Source: an uncultured Chloroflexia bacterium (lineage in GTDB: Bacteria > Chloroflexota > Limnocylindria > QHBO01). From it: a DNA stretch of 64,000 bases. This document shows positions 49,033 through 60,359 of this stretch, piece by piece. The translations under genes were made by a program, and so were the position numbers. Numbering within the stretch: position 1 is the stretch's first letter; each line of letters begins with the position of its first letter. The DNA lies in assembly GCA_963783495.1 (NCBI GenBank), contig CAWANT010000006.1:274248-338247 (forward strand), in the 5' to 3' direction. The notes below the pieces were generated by a model. That model did no database searches. It was not told the DNA's origin and saw only the letters and a list, made by a program, of their open reading frames with translations.

Positions 49033-51821
49033 TCAGCGGCGACGACGCCGCGCCAGCCTGGCCCCCATCGGCACCAGCCAGGCCACGAGCGACAGCGCGG
49101 TCGCCGGCACCAGGATGCCCAGGTCGGCCGGTGGCAGCGTGCCGGCCGCACCGGCGTCCGGCTCCTCGATGACGGTCGGAGCCGGGGTGCAGTCGTGCGG
49201 GTTGCCACGGCAGTCATCCCCGCCGGGTCCCGGACCCGCCGGACTGATCCGGCGTCTTCTCCGGCTTGGGCGTGGCGATCACCTCGCCGCAGATCGGCGA
49301 GCCGAAGCCGGTGTTGCCGAGCACGGGCGAGATGGCCAGGTGATAGCTCGGCGTTCTCCTTGAGCAACGTCGGATCGCCCGCGGAGCCCGTCTGCCCGTT
49401 GACGTAGCCGGCTCGACCAGTCGTCCGCCGAGTCGATCCACTCCGCGGCCGCCGGTCGTCCTGCGCGATCTCCTGCACGATGTCGAAGCAGCCCTTGGAG
49501 TGCACGTTGTCGACGGGCGGGACGGTGCCCTCCAGGAACGGGAGCTCGCGCGTCTCGCCGCAGCTGCCGGGGCGCATGCCGCTGAACTTGCAGACGGTCT
49601 CCATGGTCACGCCCGCCGGCTGCGCGAAGTCGGTCTGCGGCACCGGCTTGCGGCCATTCCAGTCCCACTTGCGGTTCAGCGCGATCTCCATGAAGTCGTG
49701 CCACAGGTAGAGCGGGCCATCGGCGCTGAACAGGCCCTGGCCCAGCGCGTTGGAGAGCGGCTCCTGGTTGTTGTTGCCCATCCAGACCCCGGTCACCAGG
49801 CTGCCCGGCACGTAGCCGAAGCCGGACACATCGCGGAAGTCGTTGGTGGTTCCGGTCTTGAAGCCCGCGTGACGGCGTTGGCCGTTCTGGTCGAACAGCT
49901 CGGCGCGCGAGCCCCACAGCACGTTCGTCGCCGGGTTGGTGTTGCCCTCCAGGATCCAGTGCGTCAGGTACGCCTCGCTCTGGGTCATCGGCCGCGACTG
50001 CTCAGGCCCGTCCTTCTTCAGGGAGTAGATCACCCGATTGTTGCGGTCGCGGATCTCCAGGATGGACGTCGGAGGATGGAGCGTGCCCTGCTGGGCGAAG
50101 ACGCCGTAGGCGCCGGTCATGTTGGTCAGGTTGACGGGCACCGAACCGAGGGCCAGCGACAGGCCCGGATCCTGGTCGAGGATGTACTTGCTCGACGCGA
50201 TCCCCATCGACTGCGCGAAGCGTGCCGTCTCGTTGATCCCGACCAGGTACTGCATCATCACCGACGGGACGTTGAGCGAGTAGCGCAGCGCGTCGACCGC
50301 CAGCAGCGGACCGTGGTCCTTGATATCGGCGTTGGTGGGCAGGTAGCTGGTACTCGCGATCCGCCCCGAACTGCGTGACCGAGTCGACGAAGAAGGTGCC
50401 GGGCGTGGCTTCCCGCGCCCGGAAGGCGGACGAGTAGACGATCGGCTTGAAGGCGGATCCCGGCTGGCGCAGGCCAAGGCCCGCCACATCGAACTGGCCC
50501 TGCACGCGCGGGTCCTTGCGGTCGTAGTAATCGACGCTGCCGACGTACGAAACGATCTCGCCGGTGGCCGAGTCGATGGCCACCAACGCGCCGTTGTGCA
50601 CGTTCTTGTCACCAGGGCGTTGACCCAGGTCCTCACCTGGTTGTGGGCGACCTGCTGGAGCCTGTAATCGAGGGTGCTGGTGATCCGATAGCCGCCGGTG
50701 CGCACCGCCTCGGCCGGGTTGGCGACCCCCAGCGAGGCCAGGATCGACTCCGCCTCGCGCTGCACCCGGAAGCTGAAGTGCGGCTCGCGCAGCACCGACG
50801 TGATCCGGCTGGGGTTCATCTGCCCCCAGGTCACCTTCAGTGCGTCGTCCAGCTGGCGCTGGGTGATGTAGCCGTCGCGCTGCATGGCACGCAGCACCTG
50901 GTCGCGTCGGGCCAAGGCCCGGTCCGGGCCCTGGTCCTTGAAGTACGGGTCGTAGCTGGACGGCGCCTGCGGCAGCCCGGCCAGGAACGCCGATTGCGAC
51001 AGGCGTCAGGTCGTCGAGGTTATCCGATGCCGAAGTAGTTCGCCGCCGCCGCCTTGATCCCATACGAGCCGTTCCCGTAGAAGATCAGGTTCAGGTAGGT
51101 CTCGAGGATGCGCTCCTTGCCCAGCGCGCCCCGGATAGGCATCGGTCAGCTTCTTGGCCATCACCGCTTCCTGGACCTTGTCCCACAGCTGGCGATCCGA
51201 CTCCAGGAAGGTGAGACGCGGCGGCTGGCAGATCTCCGGGTCTTCGTCCTGCTCATCCGCATCGGGATCCAGCTCGGCCGATGGCGCTGCCGAGCCGGAT
51301 GGCTGGACCGCCTCTTCGGCCAGCTTGATCGAGCCCGGCGTACTTGATCACCTGCTGGGTGATGGTCGAGGCGCCCTGCACCACCTCGCCGGCCTCCAGG
51401 TTGGCGAAGCCGGCGCGCAGGATGGCCGGGTAGTCGACGCCGTCGTTGTCCCAGAAGGTGCGGTCCTCCGCCGCCACGGCCGCGTTGACGATATTGGACG
51501 GCACCTGGTCGAACGGACCTGCTCGCGGTTCTGGCACTCGAAGCGGGCCAGCAGCCGCTTGCCGGTGCGGTCGTAGACGTAGGTGGATGCGGGCAGGTCG
51601 ATGCCGTCCAGCAGCCTGCCGTCCGGCAGGCTGGCATAGACCGAGTTGTAGGTCAGCAGCAGGCCGCCGGCCGTGCCGCCGAAGGTGCCAACGACCGACA
51701 GCGCGAACAGGCCGACCAGCACGATGAGAGCGGTAGCGGCCATGCCGCGCCGCGAGCCGCGGCTGCGTGTCGTGCGGCGCGCCATCAACCGATGGCGCCG
51801 CCGCTGCATGGCGGGGTGCAT
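49033..51821 (-). CDS. Class A penicillin-binding protein (transglycosylase/transpeptidase), multiple frameshifts
   Basis: [31 protein letters not shown] (SxxK), SLN, KTGT. Confidence 0.88.
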
Positions 51822-51955
51822 CCGGCGCTACGGTACCCGAACTGCCACTCGCGGGTCGAATCAGCACGGGTTAAGAACCGCTTAGCACGCCTCACGCGCC
51901 AGCGAGCTGCCAGTCACGCGACTTTGCGTCGACCCGAGCGAAGGGAGAGATCGGT

Positions 51956-53259
51956 CTACGGCAGGTAGTTGCGGGGGTTGACCGGGGCTTCGTCCAGGTT
52001 CACCTGGAAGTGCAGGTGGCAGCCGGTTGCCCGAAGCCGGTGGCGCCCTCGTAGCCGATGAGGTCGCCCGTCTCGACCTTCTGGCCGACGCTCACGATCT
52101 CGCGCGACAGGTGCCAGTACCACGTCTGCAGGCGCTGGCTGTGGCCGATCACCACGCCGATGGCCGTGTCGCCGTAATTGAGGTTGGGCCGCTCATCGGC
52201 CAGGACGACGCCCGATGCCGGCAGCGTAGATCGGTCCACCGCAGCCGTTGCGGTAGGCCATGTCCATGCCGGTGTGGTTATGGTCGAAGTTGGTCCAGCC
52301 GAACTCCTGGGTCACGTAGAAGTCACCCGCCTCGGGCCACGCGAACCGACCCCGATAGGCGAGGTCAAGGCGGTCGGCCTGGCGCTTGAGGCGCGCGACC
52401 AGCTCGCGCTGCCCGGCCAGCTCCTCGCGCTCCTCGTCGATGAGGGTCTTGGTGCGCTTCTCGTTGTGCTCCGAGCGGCGGTACTGCGCCTCCTGCTGCG
52501 CCTTGAGCTCCTCCAGGCGGCGCTGGTAGAGGCGCAGCGTCTCGTCGTGCGGCGTCAACCTGGCGCTGCTGCGTCGGCGAGGGCCTGGGTCCGCTCCTTC
52601 TCCGCGTCGCGCAGCGCGGTCAGCGTGACCTGGCCGTCGCGCAGCGTCTGCTGTCGCACGGCCAGCCGCTTCCGCGGGTCTCGCGGATCTCGGCCGCCAG
52701 TCGGCGGTCCTCGTCCGACAGGGTGAGCATGGAGGCCAGCTGGTTGGAGGCCTTCGCCGAACGAGTCGGTCGAGAGCAGGACCTCCAGCATCGACGTCTG
52801 TGATTGCTCGTAGGCGAGCCGCAGGTGGTCCTGCAGCAGGACCTCGCGCTCCGCGAGCTCGGCTCGGGTGGTGACCAGGTCGGCGGCCACGCGACGCAGG
52901 TTCGTCGGCCAGGTGAGCGATCTGCGTGCCGGTAGTTCTCGAGCGCGGCGCGCGACTCGTCCAGGGAGGCGGTCACGCGCTCCAGCTGGCGAACGGCCTT
53001 GGCGAGCTCCAGGCCGGTGCGCCGCAGGTCGGTGGTCAGCGTCGCCAGGCTGGCGGTGAGGGCGGCCTGCTGGCGGCGCAGGTCGGCGAGCTGCTGCCGC
53101 TGGCGCGCGAGCTCGGCCTCCATGCGCTGCTGCTCGTTGATGGCATCGTCAACACCGCCACCGGCTCGGACGACGGGGCGGGCGCTGCCGGGCGCCATGA
53201 CCACCACGAGGGCGATCAGGGCCAGCATCGAGCAGGCTGCGGCGACTAACGGTCGACAT
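51956..53259 (-). CDS. Coiled-coil M23 peptidase (EnvC/CwlO-like), multiple frameshifts
   Basis: Signal peptide, long coiled coil, HTGMD, YWHLS, HLHF, VNPRNYLP; AGGAG RBS. Confidence 0.8.
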
Positions 53260-53403
53260 CGGCTCCTAGGTAGATATGTCTAGATAACGCGCGCGATGCC
53301 GGCAACGCTCGGACGCCTGAGCAGCGGAGGCGGCGGCCGACCGGAGTGGCCCCGGGCACTGAGGGGCGTTGGCCGGAAATATAGCGGACGGCACAATCCG
53401 TTG

Positions 53404-54103
53404 TCAGGTGAACGGAACGGCTAGTACATCCGGCCCATTAGTCGCGCAAGGAACGCTGCCGCCGCCGGCGGCCTCGCCCAGCAGGTTGTCGTCGCGGAGC
53501 AGCGTAAGGACAGTGCCGGCGACCAGGAACGGGCCAAAGGGGATGTAGCTCTTGAGACCGACGCGCCGGCTGACCAGCAGGACGAGGCTGCTGGCGGAGA
53601 GCAGCAGCGCAGCGATGAAGATGGCGATGAAGATGGCCGGCCAGCCCAGCAGCAGGCCCAGCGGCCCGACCAGGTACAGGTCTCCCAGGGCCACGCCCGA
53701 GCGGATGACCAGCCCAAGCACGCCGAGGAGGGCGACCGCTCCGGCCGCGCCGATGACCGCATCGAGCAGGCTGACGGCGGGGTTCACGAAGGCGAAGACG
53801 ACGCAGATGGCGATCAGCGGATCGAGCAGGACGTGCGGCAGGCGGCGCTGCTCGAGATCGGTGGCCGACATGCAGCACCAACAGAGCGAGCACCACCAGG
53901 TGCACGGCCGTCGCCCAGGCGGGCAGGGTGGAGCGGTTGACGATGGCCCAGGCCGATGCCCCCGATGCGACGGCGAATAGCGCGGTTCGCCATCCGGGTG
54001 GACGGCGCTGGGCTTCGTCGGGCGGCCATACCGATGCGATCCGCTCGGCGGCAGCGCCGATGATGGCGAACCCGACACCCGCCGCCACGGCGATTGCACT
54101 CAC
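53404..54103 (-). CDS. A24 prepilin peptidase-like protein (frameshifted)
   Basis: TDLEQRRLP, GVALGD, IPFGPFL motifs. Confidence 0.8.
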
Positions 54104-54232
54104 CGCGGCATGCTAGCCGCCGGTCGCCGACCCGCGAGGCGATGCGGTGACGTTGGCACGCCAATTGCCTTCCCCTTCGAAGCAGCCGGTCGGACCGATC
54201 GGCACCGTCCACGTATCGCGGGGAGAACGCAA

Positions 54233-54430
54233 ATGGACAGCGATCGCATCGAGGGCGGCCTCAAGGAAGGGGCCGGCAAGGTAAAGGAAGAGTGGGGCGA
54301 CGCGACGGACAACCCGTCGACGGAGCTCGAGGGCAAGCGCGAGCAGGCAGAGGGCGACGTCCAGCAGAAGTGGGGCGAGACCAAGGATGCCGTCCGCGAC
54401 ATGGCTGACGACGACGACGATGACGACTGA
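54233..54430 (+). CDS. CsbD family stress protein
   Basis: DRIEG..KE..GKVKE.WG.AT...EG..EQ.EG..Q.KWG..KD pattern. Confidence 0.88.
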   Translation: MDSDRIEGGLKEGAGKVKEEWGDATDNPSTELEGKREQAEGDVQQKWGETKDAVRDMADDDDDDD

Positions 54431-54458
54431 GCGCGTCTGAGCGCGTCGCGTAAGACCT

Positions 54459-54487
54459 GGAGGGTCCGCCGCGTTGGCGGGCCCTCC
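54459..54487. terminator. GC hairpin between convergent csbD-like and pepA genes
   Basis: GGAGGGTCCGCC-GCGTT-GGCGGGCCCTCC. Confidence 0.6.
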
Positions 54488-54510
54488 GCTATGCGCCGTC
54501 GATGCGGCGT

Positions 54511-56011
54511 CTATGCGGCGTCGGTCGTGCCGTCTCGGTAGTCGAGTGCCAGCCGGACGAGCGTCGAGACGGCAGTTCCGAGCGCGCCCTTGGGGTTGAC
54601 CGCCTTGTCCGCGGTGAGATAGGCGCTGCCGGCGATGTCGACGTGCACCCAGGGCACCGTCACGAAGTCGTGCAGGAAGACCGCGCTCTTGATGAGCGAC
54701 CCCTCGCGCGTCCCCGAGTTGACGATGTCGGCATGGGCCGAGTCGTAGGCGGCGCGGTACTCCGTGGCAAGCGGCATCTCCCAGAACCACTCGCCGGTGG
54801 CATCGGCGGCACGCTGCACCGCCTGTCCCCAGTCGCGCGGCTTGGCGAAGTAGGCGCTGATCAGCTCGCCGAAGGCAACGGCGGCGGCCCCGGTCAGGGT
54901 CGCCACGTCGACCAGGTGAGTGGCGCCCTGGGTCTCCGCCCAGTGCAGCGCATCGGCCAGGATCAGGCGGCCCTCGGCGTCGGTGTTGATCACCTCGATC
55001 GTCTTGCCGTTCATGGCCTTGACCACGTCCCCCGGCCGCTGCGCGTTGCCGCCGGGCAGGTTCTCGACCATGGGCGCCACCGCCATCAGCGGCGTCTCCG
55101 GCGCCAGGCGCGCCACCGTGCGGGCAGCCGCGATCACCGCGGCCGCGCCCGACTTGTCGTGCTTCATCTCCTCCATGCGCTCGGGCGGCTTGAGGCTGAT
55201 GCCGCCGGAGTCGAAGCAGACGCCCTTGCCCACGATCGCCAGTCGCCGATCGTCGGCGGCCTTCTCCCAGCCCGGGCAGCCTGATCGCGATCAGGCGCGG
55301 CTCGTGGAACGCGCCCTGCCCGACGCCCAGCAGCGCGCCCATGCCCAGCCGCGTCATGTCGTCGACGCCGAGCACCTCGACGGTGCACCCATCGGCCTCG
55401 AGCTCGCGGGCGACCTCGGCCATGCGCTCCGGGTAGAGGTCGTTCGAGGCGCGGTTGGCCAGGCCCCGTCCGAACTCGACCCCCTCCGCCATGACGGCGG
55501 CCTGCTCAACGACCTCCTGAGGCGGGCGCACCCTCGCCGATCAGCACCACCTCTTCCACGCTGCGCAGCATCGTCGGGCGTGTCGCGAACCCGTCCGTAA
55601 TGTGCGTACGGCCGGTAGGTGCCCTGCAGTGCCCCGATGCCGGCACTGATGAACCCATCCGCCTCCTCACCGTCCCGTAGCCAGAGGGCCATGCGCTCCA
55701 CGCCGTGACCCTGCAGCCGCCGCGTGGCAGTGGACGCGATGCGACGCGCCCGCCAGTTACCGCGCCCGCGGCGCACGCCGTTGATCAGCAGGAGCTTGTC
55801 GGCCGCGATCGGCCCGGCGTCGACCAGGGCGGTGTAGTGCTCGAGGATGTTGAACTCGCCCCATTCGATCGCCCGGCTGATCGCGCCGCTTGGTGGCCGC
55901 ATCCAGCGCGGCGAGATCGCCCGAGATCTCCTTGTCCTCCCGGTAGATGGGGACGGCCAGCACATCGGCCTGGACGCTGGCGGGGTCGGTCGTTTCGGCG
56001 CGAAGGCGCAC
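54511..56011 (-). CDS. pepA: M17 leucyl aminopeptidase (frameshifted)
   Basis: GKGVCFDSGG, MKHDKSGAA, NTDAEGRLILADAL, DVATLTGA, WVHVDIAG. Confidence 0.9.
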
Positions 56012-56103
56012 GGGCAGGTCTCCTTCAGGGGGCTGCGGACAGGTTGGAACCAGGTCGCGAGCTCGGGGTCAATCGAGTATAGACCGATGCCACCGCCGAA
56101 CCG

Positions 56104-56968
56104 TCAGCCCGCATCGATGATCTCCTGCAGTGCCTGCCGCTGGATCGTGGCCGCCTCCAGCGCATCGGCCAGCAGCTGCAGCGGGGTGGCCGCCAGTGAC
56201 GAACCCGATTCGGCAATCGCGATGGCCAACGCCGTGTCCGCCCGGTTCGCGTCGTCGGCAGCGCGCGCATAGCGAGCCGCCGCACGGGCGACCGCGTCGG
56301 CGTCACCGGCCAGGCTGGCCACCGCGATGCGGCGCGCGGCGGTCAGCAGGTCGCCAGTCGTGTCCAGCCAGAACGGCAGGACCGTCGGCGGCTCATCCCA
56401 GTCGCGGACGGTGTTCAGCGCAGCCTGCGCGCGATCGAGCTCGGCCAGCGCCCTCCGCGGGTCGTCGTCCTCGAGCGCGGCCAGCGCGTCCGCCAGCCCG
56501 TCGAGCGTCTGCTCGGTGGCCTGCCGGCGCTCCACGAACGGGTCCGCGGCCTCGGCAGCGGCGGTGAACCCGGCCGAAATCCCCGGAAAGAGCGTGCTGG
56601 ACGGCCCCGGCGGAAGAGGTCCGCGTCGGGGCGCCACGGCGGCGAGCGTGCCGTCGACACGGGCGGCGGCGGCGGCGGCAGCGGGCTGCTTCGCCGGAGG
56701 CTGCGTCGATCCCGGCCGCGGCTTCGGCGAGGTCGGCGCGGGGCGACGCATCGCCGTCGACCACCAGGGCCGATCCGCGACGGCCCGCATCGATGGCCTG
56801 CTTGCAGCTCGTCGATCAGGGCGTCGAGGCGGGTGGTCGGCCTCGCGTCGCCTCCAGGTGCAGGCGAGCGGCGCGTTCGGCCGCGATTGGGGGGTCGGCG
56901 GCAGCGCCGGTGGGTCGCGCGGCCAGCACCGCGCCCAGCAGGACGATCACCGACACGCCGGCCAGCAC
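56104..56968 (-). CDS. Ala-rich helical exported hypothetical protein (frameshifted; start approximate)
   Basis: Hydrophobic N-terminus and helical coding frames joined over several indels. Confidence 0.45.
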
Positions 56969-57004
56969 GGCCCGGCTCGGGCGGGCGGAACCTATGATGC
57001 CTCG

Positions 57005-58053
57005 GTGCACGCGGTGGCCTCCGAGTCGCGCCGACCTGCGCGCGCTGCCCAAGGCAGAGCTGCACCAGCACCTGGACGGCGCGCTGCGCCCCGCCACCGC
57101 GGTCGAGCTGGCGGCCGAGATCGATCTGCCGTTGACGCTCGGCTGAGGCGCAGGCGGCGGATGGTGGCGCCGGCCCGCTGTCGCGACCAGGCGGAGCTGC
57201 TCACTTACTTCGACCTGCCGATCGCCCTGCTCCAGACGGCCGGCGGCGTTGCGCCGCGCGGCGGCGGAGCTGGTCGAGGACCTGGCCACCGACGGCGTCA
57301 CGTATGCCGAGATCCGCTGGGCCCCGCGGCTGCACCTGGAGCGTGGGCTGTCCGTGCGCGACGTGCTGGTGGCCGTGGCGGAGGGGACGGCGGCCGGCCT
57401 CCACGCTGCGGGGCAAGACCGCCTGGTGGTCCTGATCGTGACTGCCATGCGCTCCCATCCACCCGGCGCCAACGTGGAGCTGGCGCGAGCCGCCGCCGAC
57501 GTTCGGGCCGCCGGTGGTCGGCTTCGACCTGGCAGGTCCCGAGGCGACATACCCCGCCCCGCCCCATGCCGCGGCCTTTCGCGCCGCCGAGGACGGCGGC
57601 CTGGCGCTCACCGCCCACGCCGGCGAGGTGCCCGGCCCGGAGCGCATCCGGGAAGCCCTGGCGCTCGGCGTGCGCCGCATCGCGCACGGCGCGACCACCG
57701 CCGATGATCCGCAGCTCGATGGAGGAGGTCCGCGACCGTGACGTGACGCTGGACCTGTGCCCGACCAGCAACGTGCAGGCCGGACTGGTCGCGTCCCTGG
57801 CGGACCACCCCCTGGCCCGCCTCCATCGGGCCGGCGTCAGCGTCTCGCTGTCGACCGATGACCGGACCGTCTCGAATACCGACCTCAGCCACGAGATGGC
57901 GAGCGTGGCCGAAGCCCTGGCCTTGACCCCACGCGGAACTGCGAGCCGTCGCGCTCAACGGCTTTCGGCGGGGCTTCGGGCCGCCGGACTTCCTGGAGCG
58001 AGCGGCTGGAGAGGCCGACCGTGCCTGGAGCGCGCTGGGCCGGCATCAGCTGA
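57005..58053 (+). CDS. add: Adenosine deaminase (frameshifted)
   Basis: PKAELHQHLDG, YAEIRWAP, GFDLAGPE, TAHAGE, RIAHG, CPTSN, STDD. Confidence 0.88.
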
Positions 58054-58906
58054 GGGTCACGCCCAGCAGGCCGGCCACCTCCAACGGCCCGGCGGCGACC
58101 CAGTCGGGCCGACGCTCGCCATCCAGCGTTGCGGCCGCCGCGGCGTCGGCGACGCCGGTCAGCACCAGGATCACCGGAATGCCCGGCGCGCCTGGCCGCC
58201 GGCACGTCGGCATCGGGGTTGTCGCCGATGACCAGCGCCTCGCCGCCGGCGACGCCATCAGCTTCAAGGATGGCCGGGAACATGGCCGGCTCCGGCTTGC
58301 CGATGACCAGCGGCTCACTGCCCGGTGGTGGCCTGCACCGCCGCCACGATCGCCCCCGCACCCGGCATGAGGCCGCCCGGCGTCGGGTAGCGCAGGTCGG
58401 CGTTGGTGGCCACGAACCGCGCGCCGGCGCGGATCGCGGCGGCAGCGATGCCCAGCGAGCGGTACGTCACCGCCGGGTCGAGGCCGACGACCACCGCGTC
58501 GTAGGCGTCGGCCAGCGGCGCGCCGTTCCATTCCGGTCCCGCCGGCGTCACGCGCGTGGGTCGACCTCGTACCCGGCGTCGCGCAGCTCGGCGAGCATCC
58601 CTTCCGCGCCCAGCGCCAGCAGCTGCCGCAGCTGCGGCTGATGCGCCCGCAGATGCGTGATGGTGGCCCAGGTGCTGGTGACGATCTCGTCCGGCTGGGC
58701 GAGGATGCCATGCCCGGCCAGGCGCTCCGCGTAGGCGGCTGCGGGTGGCCATCGAGTTGTTGGTGGCGAAGCGCGTCGGCACGCCCGGCCGTGCGAAGGG
58801 CGGCCACCAGCGCGGCGGCGCCGGCGATCGCATCCGGCCCGCGGTAGACCACGCCGTCAAGGTCGAAGATGACCAGCCTGGGGGCGAGCGCTGGAGCGGT
58901 CGACAT
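58046..58906 (-). CDS. HAD-IIA hydrolase (NagD-like), frameshifted
   Basis: FDLDGVVYRG, ATNNS, ATNAD, IGKPEP, IGDNPDAD, LVLTGV. Confidence 0.88.
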   Translation of the reverse strand: MSTAPALAPRLVIFDLDGVVYRGPDAIAGAAALVAALRTAGRADALRHQQLDGHPQPPTRSAWPGMASSPSRTRSSPAPGPPSRICGRISRSCGSCWRWARKGCSPSCATPGTRSTHARDAGGTGMERRAAGRRLRRGGRRPRPGGDVPLAGHRCRRDPRRRAVRGHQRRPALPDAGRPHAGCGGDRGGGAGHHRAVSRWSSASRSRPCSRPSLKLMASPAARRWSSATTPMPTCRRPGAPGIPVILVLTGVADAAAAATLDGERRPDWVAAGPLEVAGLLGVTLS

Positions 58907-59096
58907 CGGGCGGATGATACGGGCCGGCAGCCCGATGGCCGGCGTCGCCGGCGCCGCCAAATTCACCTTGAGGGCAGGATTGACAGGCAGGTATGATGCG
59001 CCCGATTCGCCGGACGCGAAGCCCAGTCCGGCTGCCCGTGCGCATCGCGCACCGGGATCGGAGGAGTCCCTCTCACAGGGAATGTAAGGAGTACCA

Positions 59097-60268
59097 ATGC
59101 GGATGCAGCGACGGCACGCGGGTGTCGCTTCCTTGGTGGCAGTGTCGCTGGCCCTGGCGGCCTGCACGGGAAGTGGCAGCGCCATCGACGTCGGCAAGGG
59201 CCTGTGTCGGGAAGTCGGCGACATCACCGCGGCCACGCCCGAACCGGTCGAGGCGACCGGCACCAGCGACGCCAAGATCGGCGTCGTGACCGATGTCGGG
59301 ACGCTCGACGACAAGAACTTCAACGAATACAGCTGGCTGGGCGCGCAGGACGGCGCCGCCTCCATCGGCGCCGCGGAGCCGCGGGCCATCGTCACCGCGG
59401 ACTCCGGCCGACTACGAGACGAACATCCAGACGCTGATCGATGACGACTTCAACGTGATCGTCACGGTCGGCTTCGCCCTCGGCGCGGCCACGCTTGCGG
59501 CGGCGACCGAAAACCCGGATGTCCACTTCATCGGCGTCGACCAGTTCCAGGCCGGTGAGGATCCGGTGGCCGGCGCGGGCCTCGCCAACTACGAGAGCCT
59601 GATCTTCAACGAGGCGCAGGCCGGCTACCTGGCCGGCATCGTGGCCGCCAGCATCAGCGAGAGCAACGTGATCGCGGCCATCGGCGGCTCGGGCACGATC
59701 CCGCCGGTCGTGAACTACATGCGTGGCTACGAGAACGGCGCCAAGAGCGTCAAGCCAGACATCACCGTTCACCTGAAGTACGTCTCCGATGACCTGGCCG
59801 TTGCCTTCAACGACCCGGCCACCGGCAAGTCGTTCTCCGACCAGTTCCTGTCACAGAACGCGGACACCGACGTGATGTTCCAGGTGGCCGGCAAGACCGG
59901 CAACGGCGTGCTGCAGTCGGTCCAGGCGGCCGGCATCTACGGGATCGGCGTCGACGTCGACCAGTGGATCTCGACGCCCGAGCAGGCGGTCTGCATCGTG
60001 ACCAGCGCCGAGAAGCACCTGACCAAGGCCGTCCGCGAGGGCATCGAGACCTTCGCGCAGGGCACGGCGCGTGCCGGGAACGTGTTCTACGGCGCCGACA
60101 ACGACGGCATCGGCACGGCTCCGTACTACCAGTTCGACGGCAACGTGATCACCGACGAGATCAAGACGGCGGTCACGCGACGCGTTCGACGCCATGGCGG
60201 CGGGCACCCTGGATCCGTGCCAGCCGTCGGGACTCTGCTACGCGGGTGAGGCTGACCCGGGCACCTGA
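59097..60268 (+). CDS. BMP family (nucleoside) ABC substrate-binding lipoprotein (frameshifted)
   Basis: Lipobox LAAC; GTLDDKNFN, GYLAG, VAGKTGNG, IGVDVDQ, TSAEK. Confidence 0.88.
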
Positions 60269-60302
60269 GCCCAGCAGCCGAACGGGTTCGTAGCGACCAA
60301 CA

Positions 60303-60345
60303 CGTGAGCGGACCGGTCCTGGTGGCCGGTCCGCTCACGACTTTT
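60303..60345 (+). terminator. Hairpin with short T-tract after the BMP gene
   Basis: CGTGAGCGGACCGG...CCGGTCCGCTCACG followed by ACTTTT. Confidence 0.7.
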
Positions 60346-60359
60346 CAGGTGGCTCGACA

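Noticed and set aside
6584-49363. Many long antisense or alternate-frame ORFs (e.g. 6584-8695, 27764-29578, 43539-45854, 47051-49363)
   Set aside because: They shadow well-supported genes, are Arg/Pro/Ala-rich and lack motifs, as expected in high-GC DNA with few stop codons.
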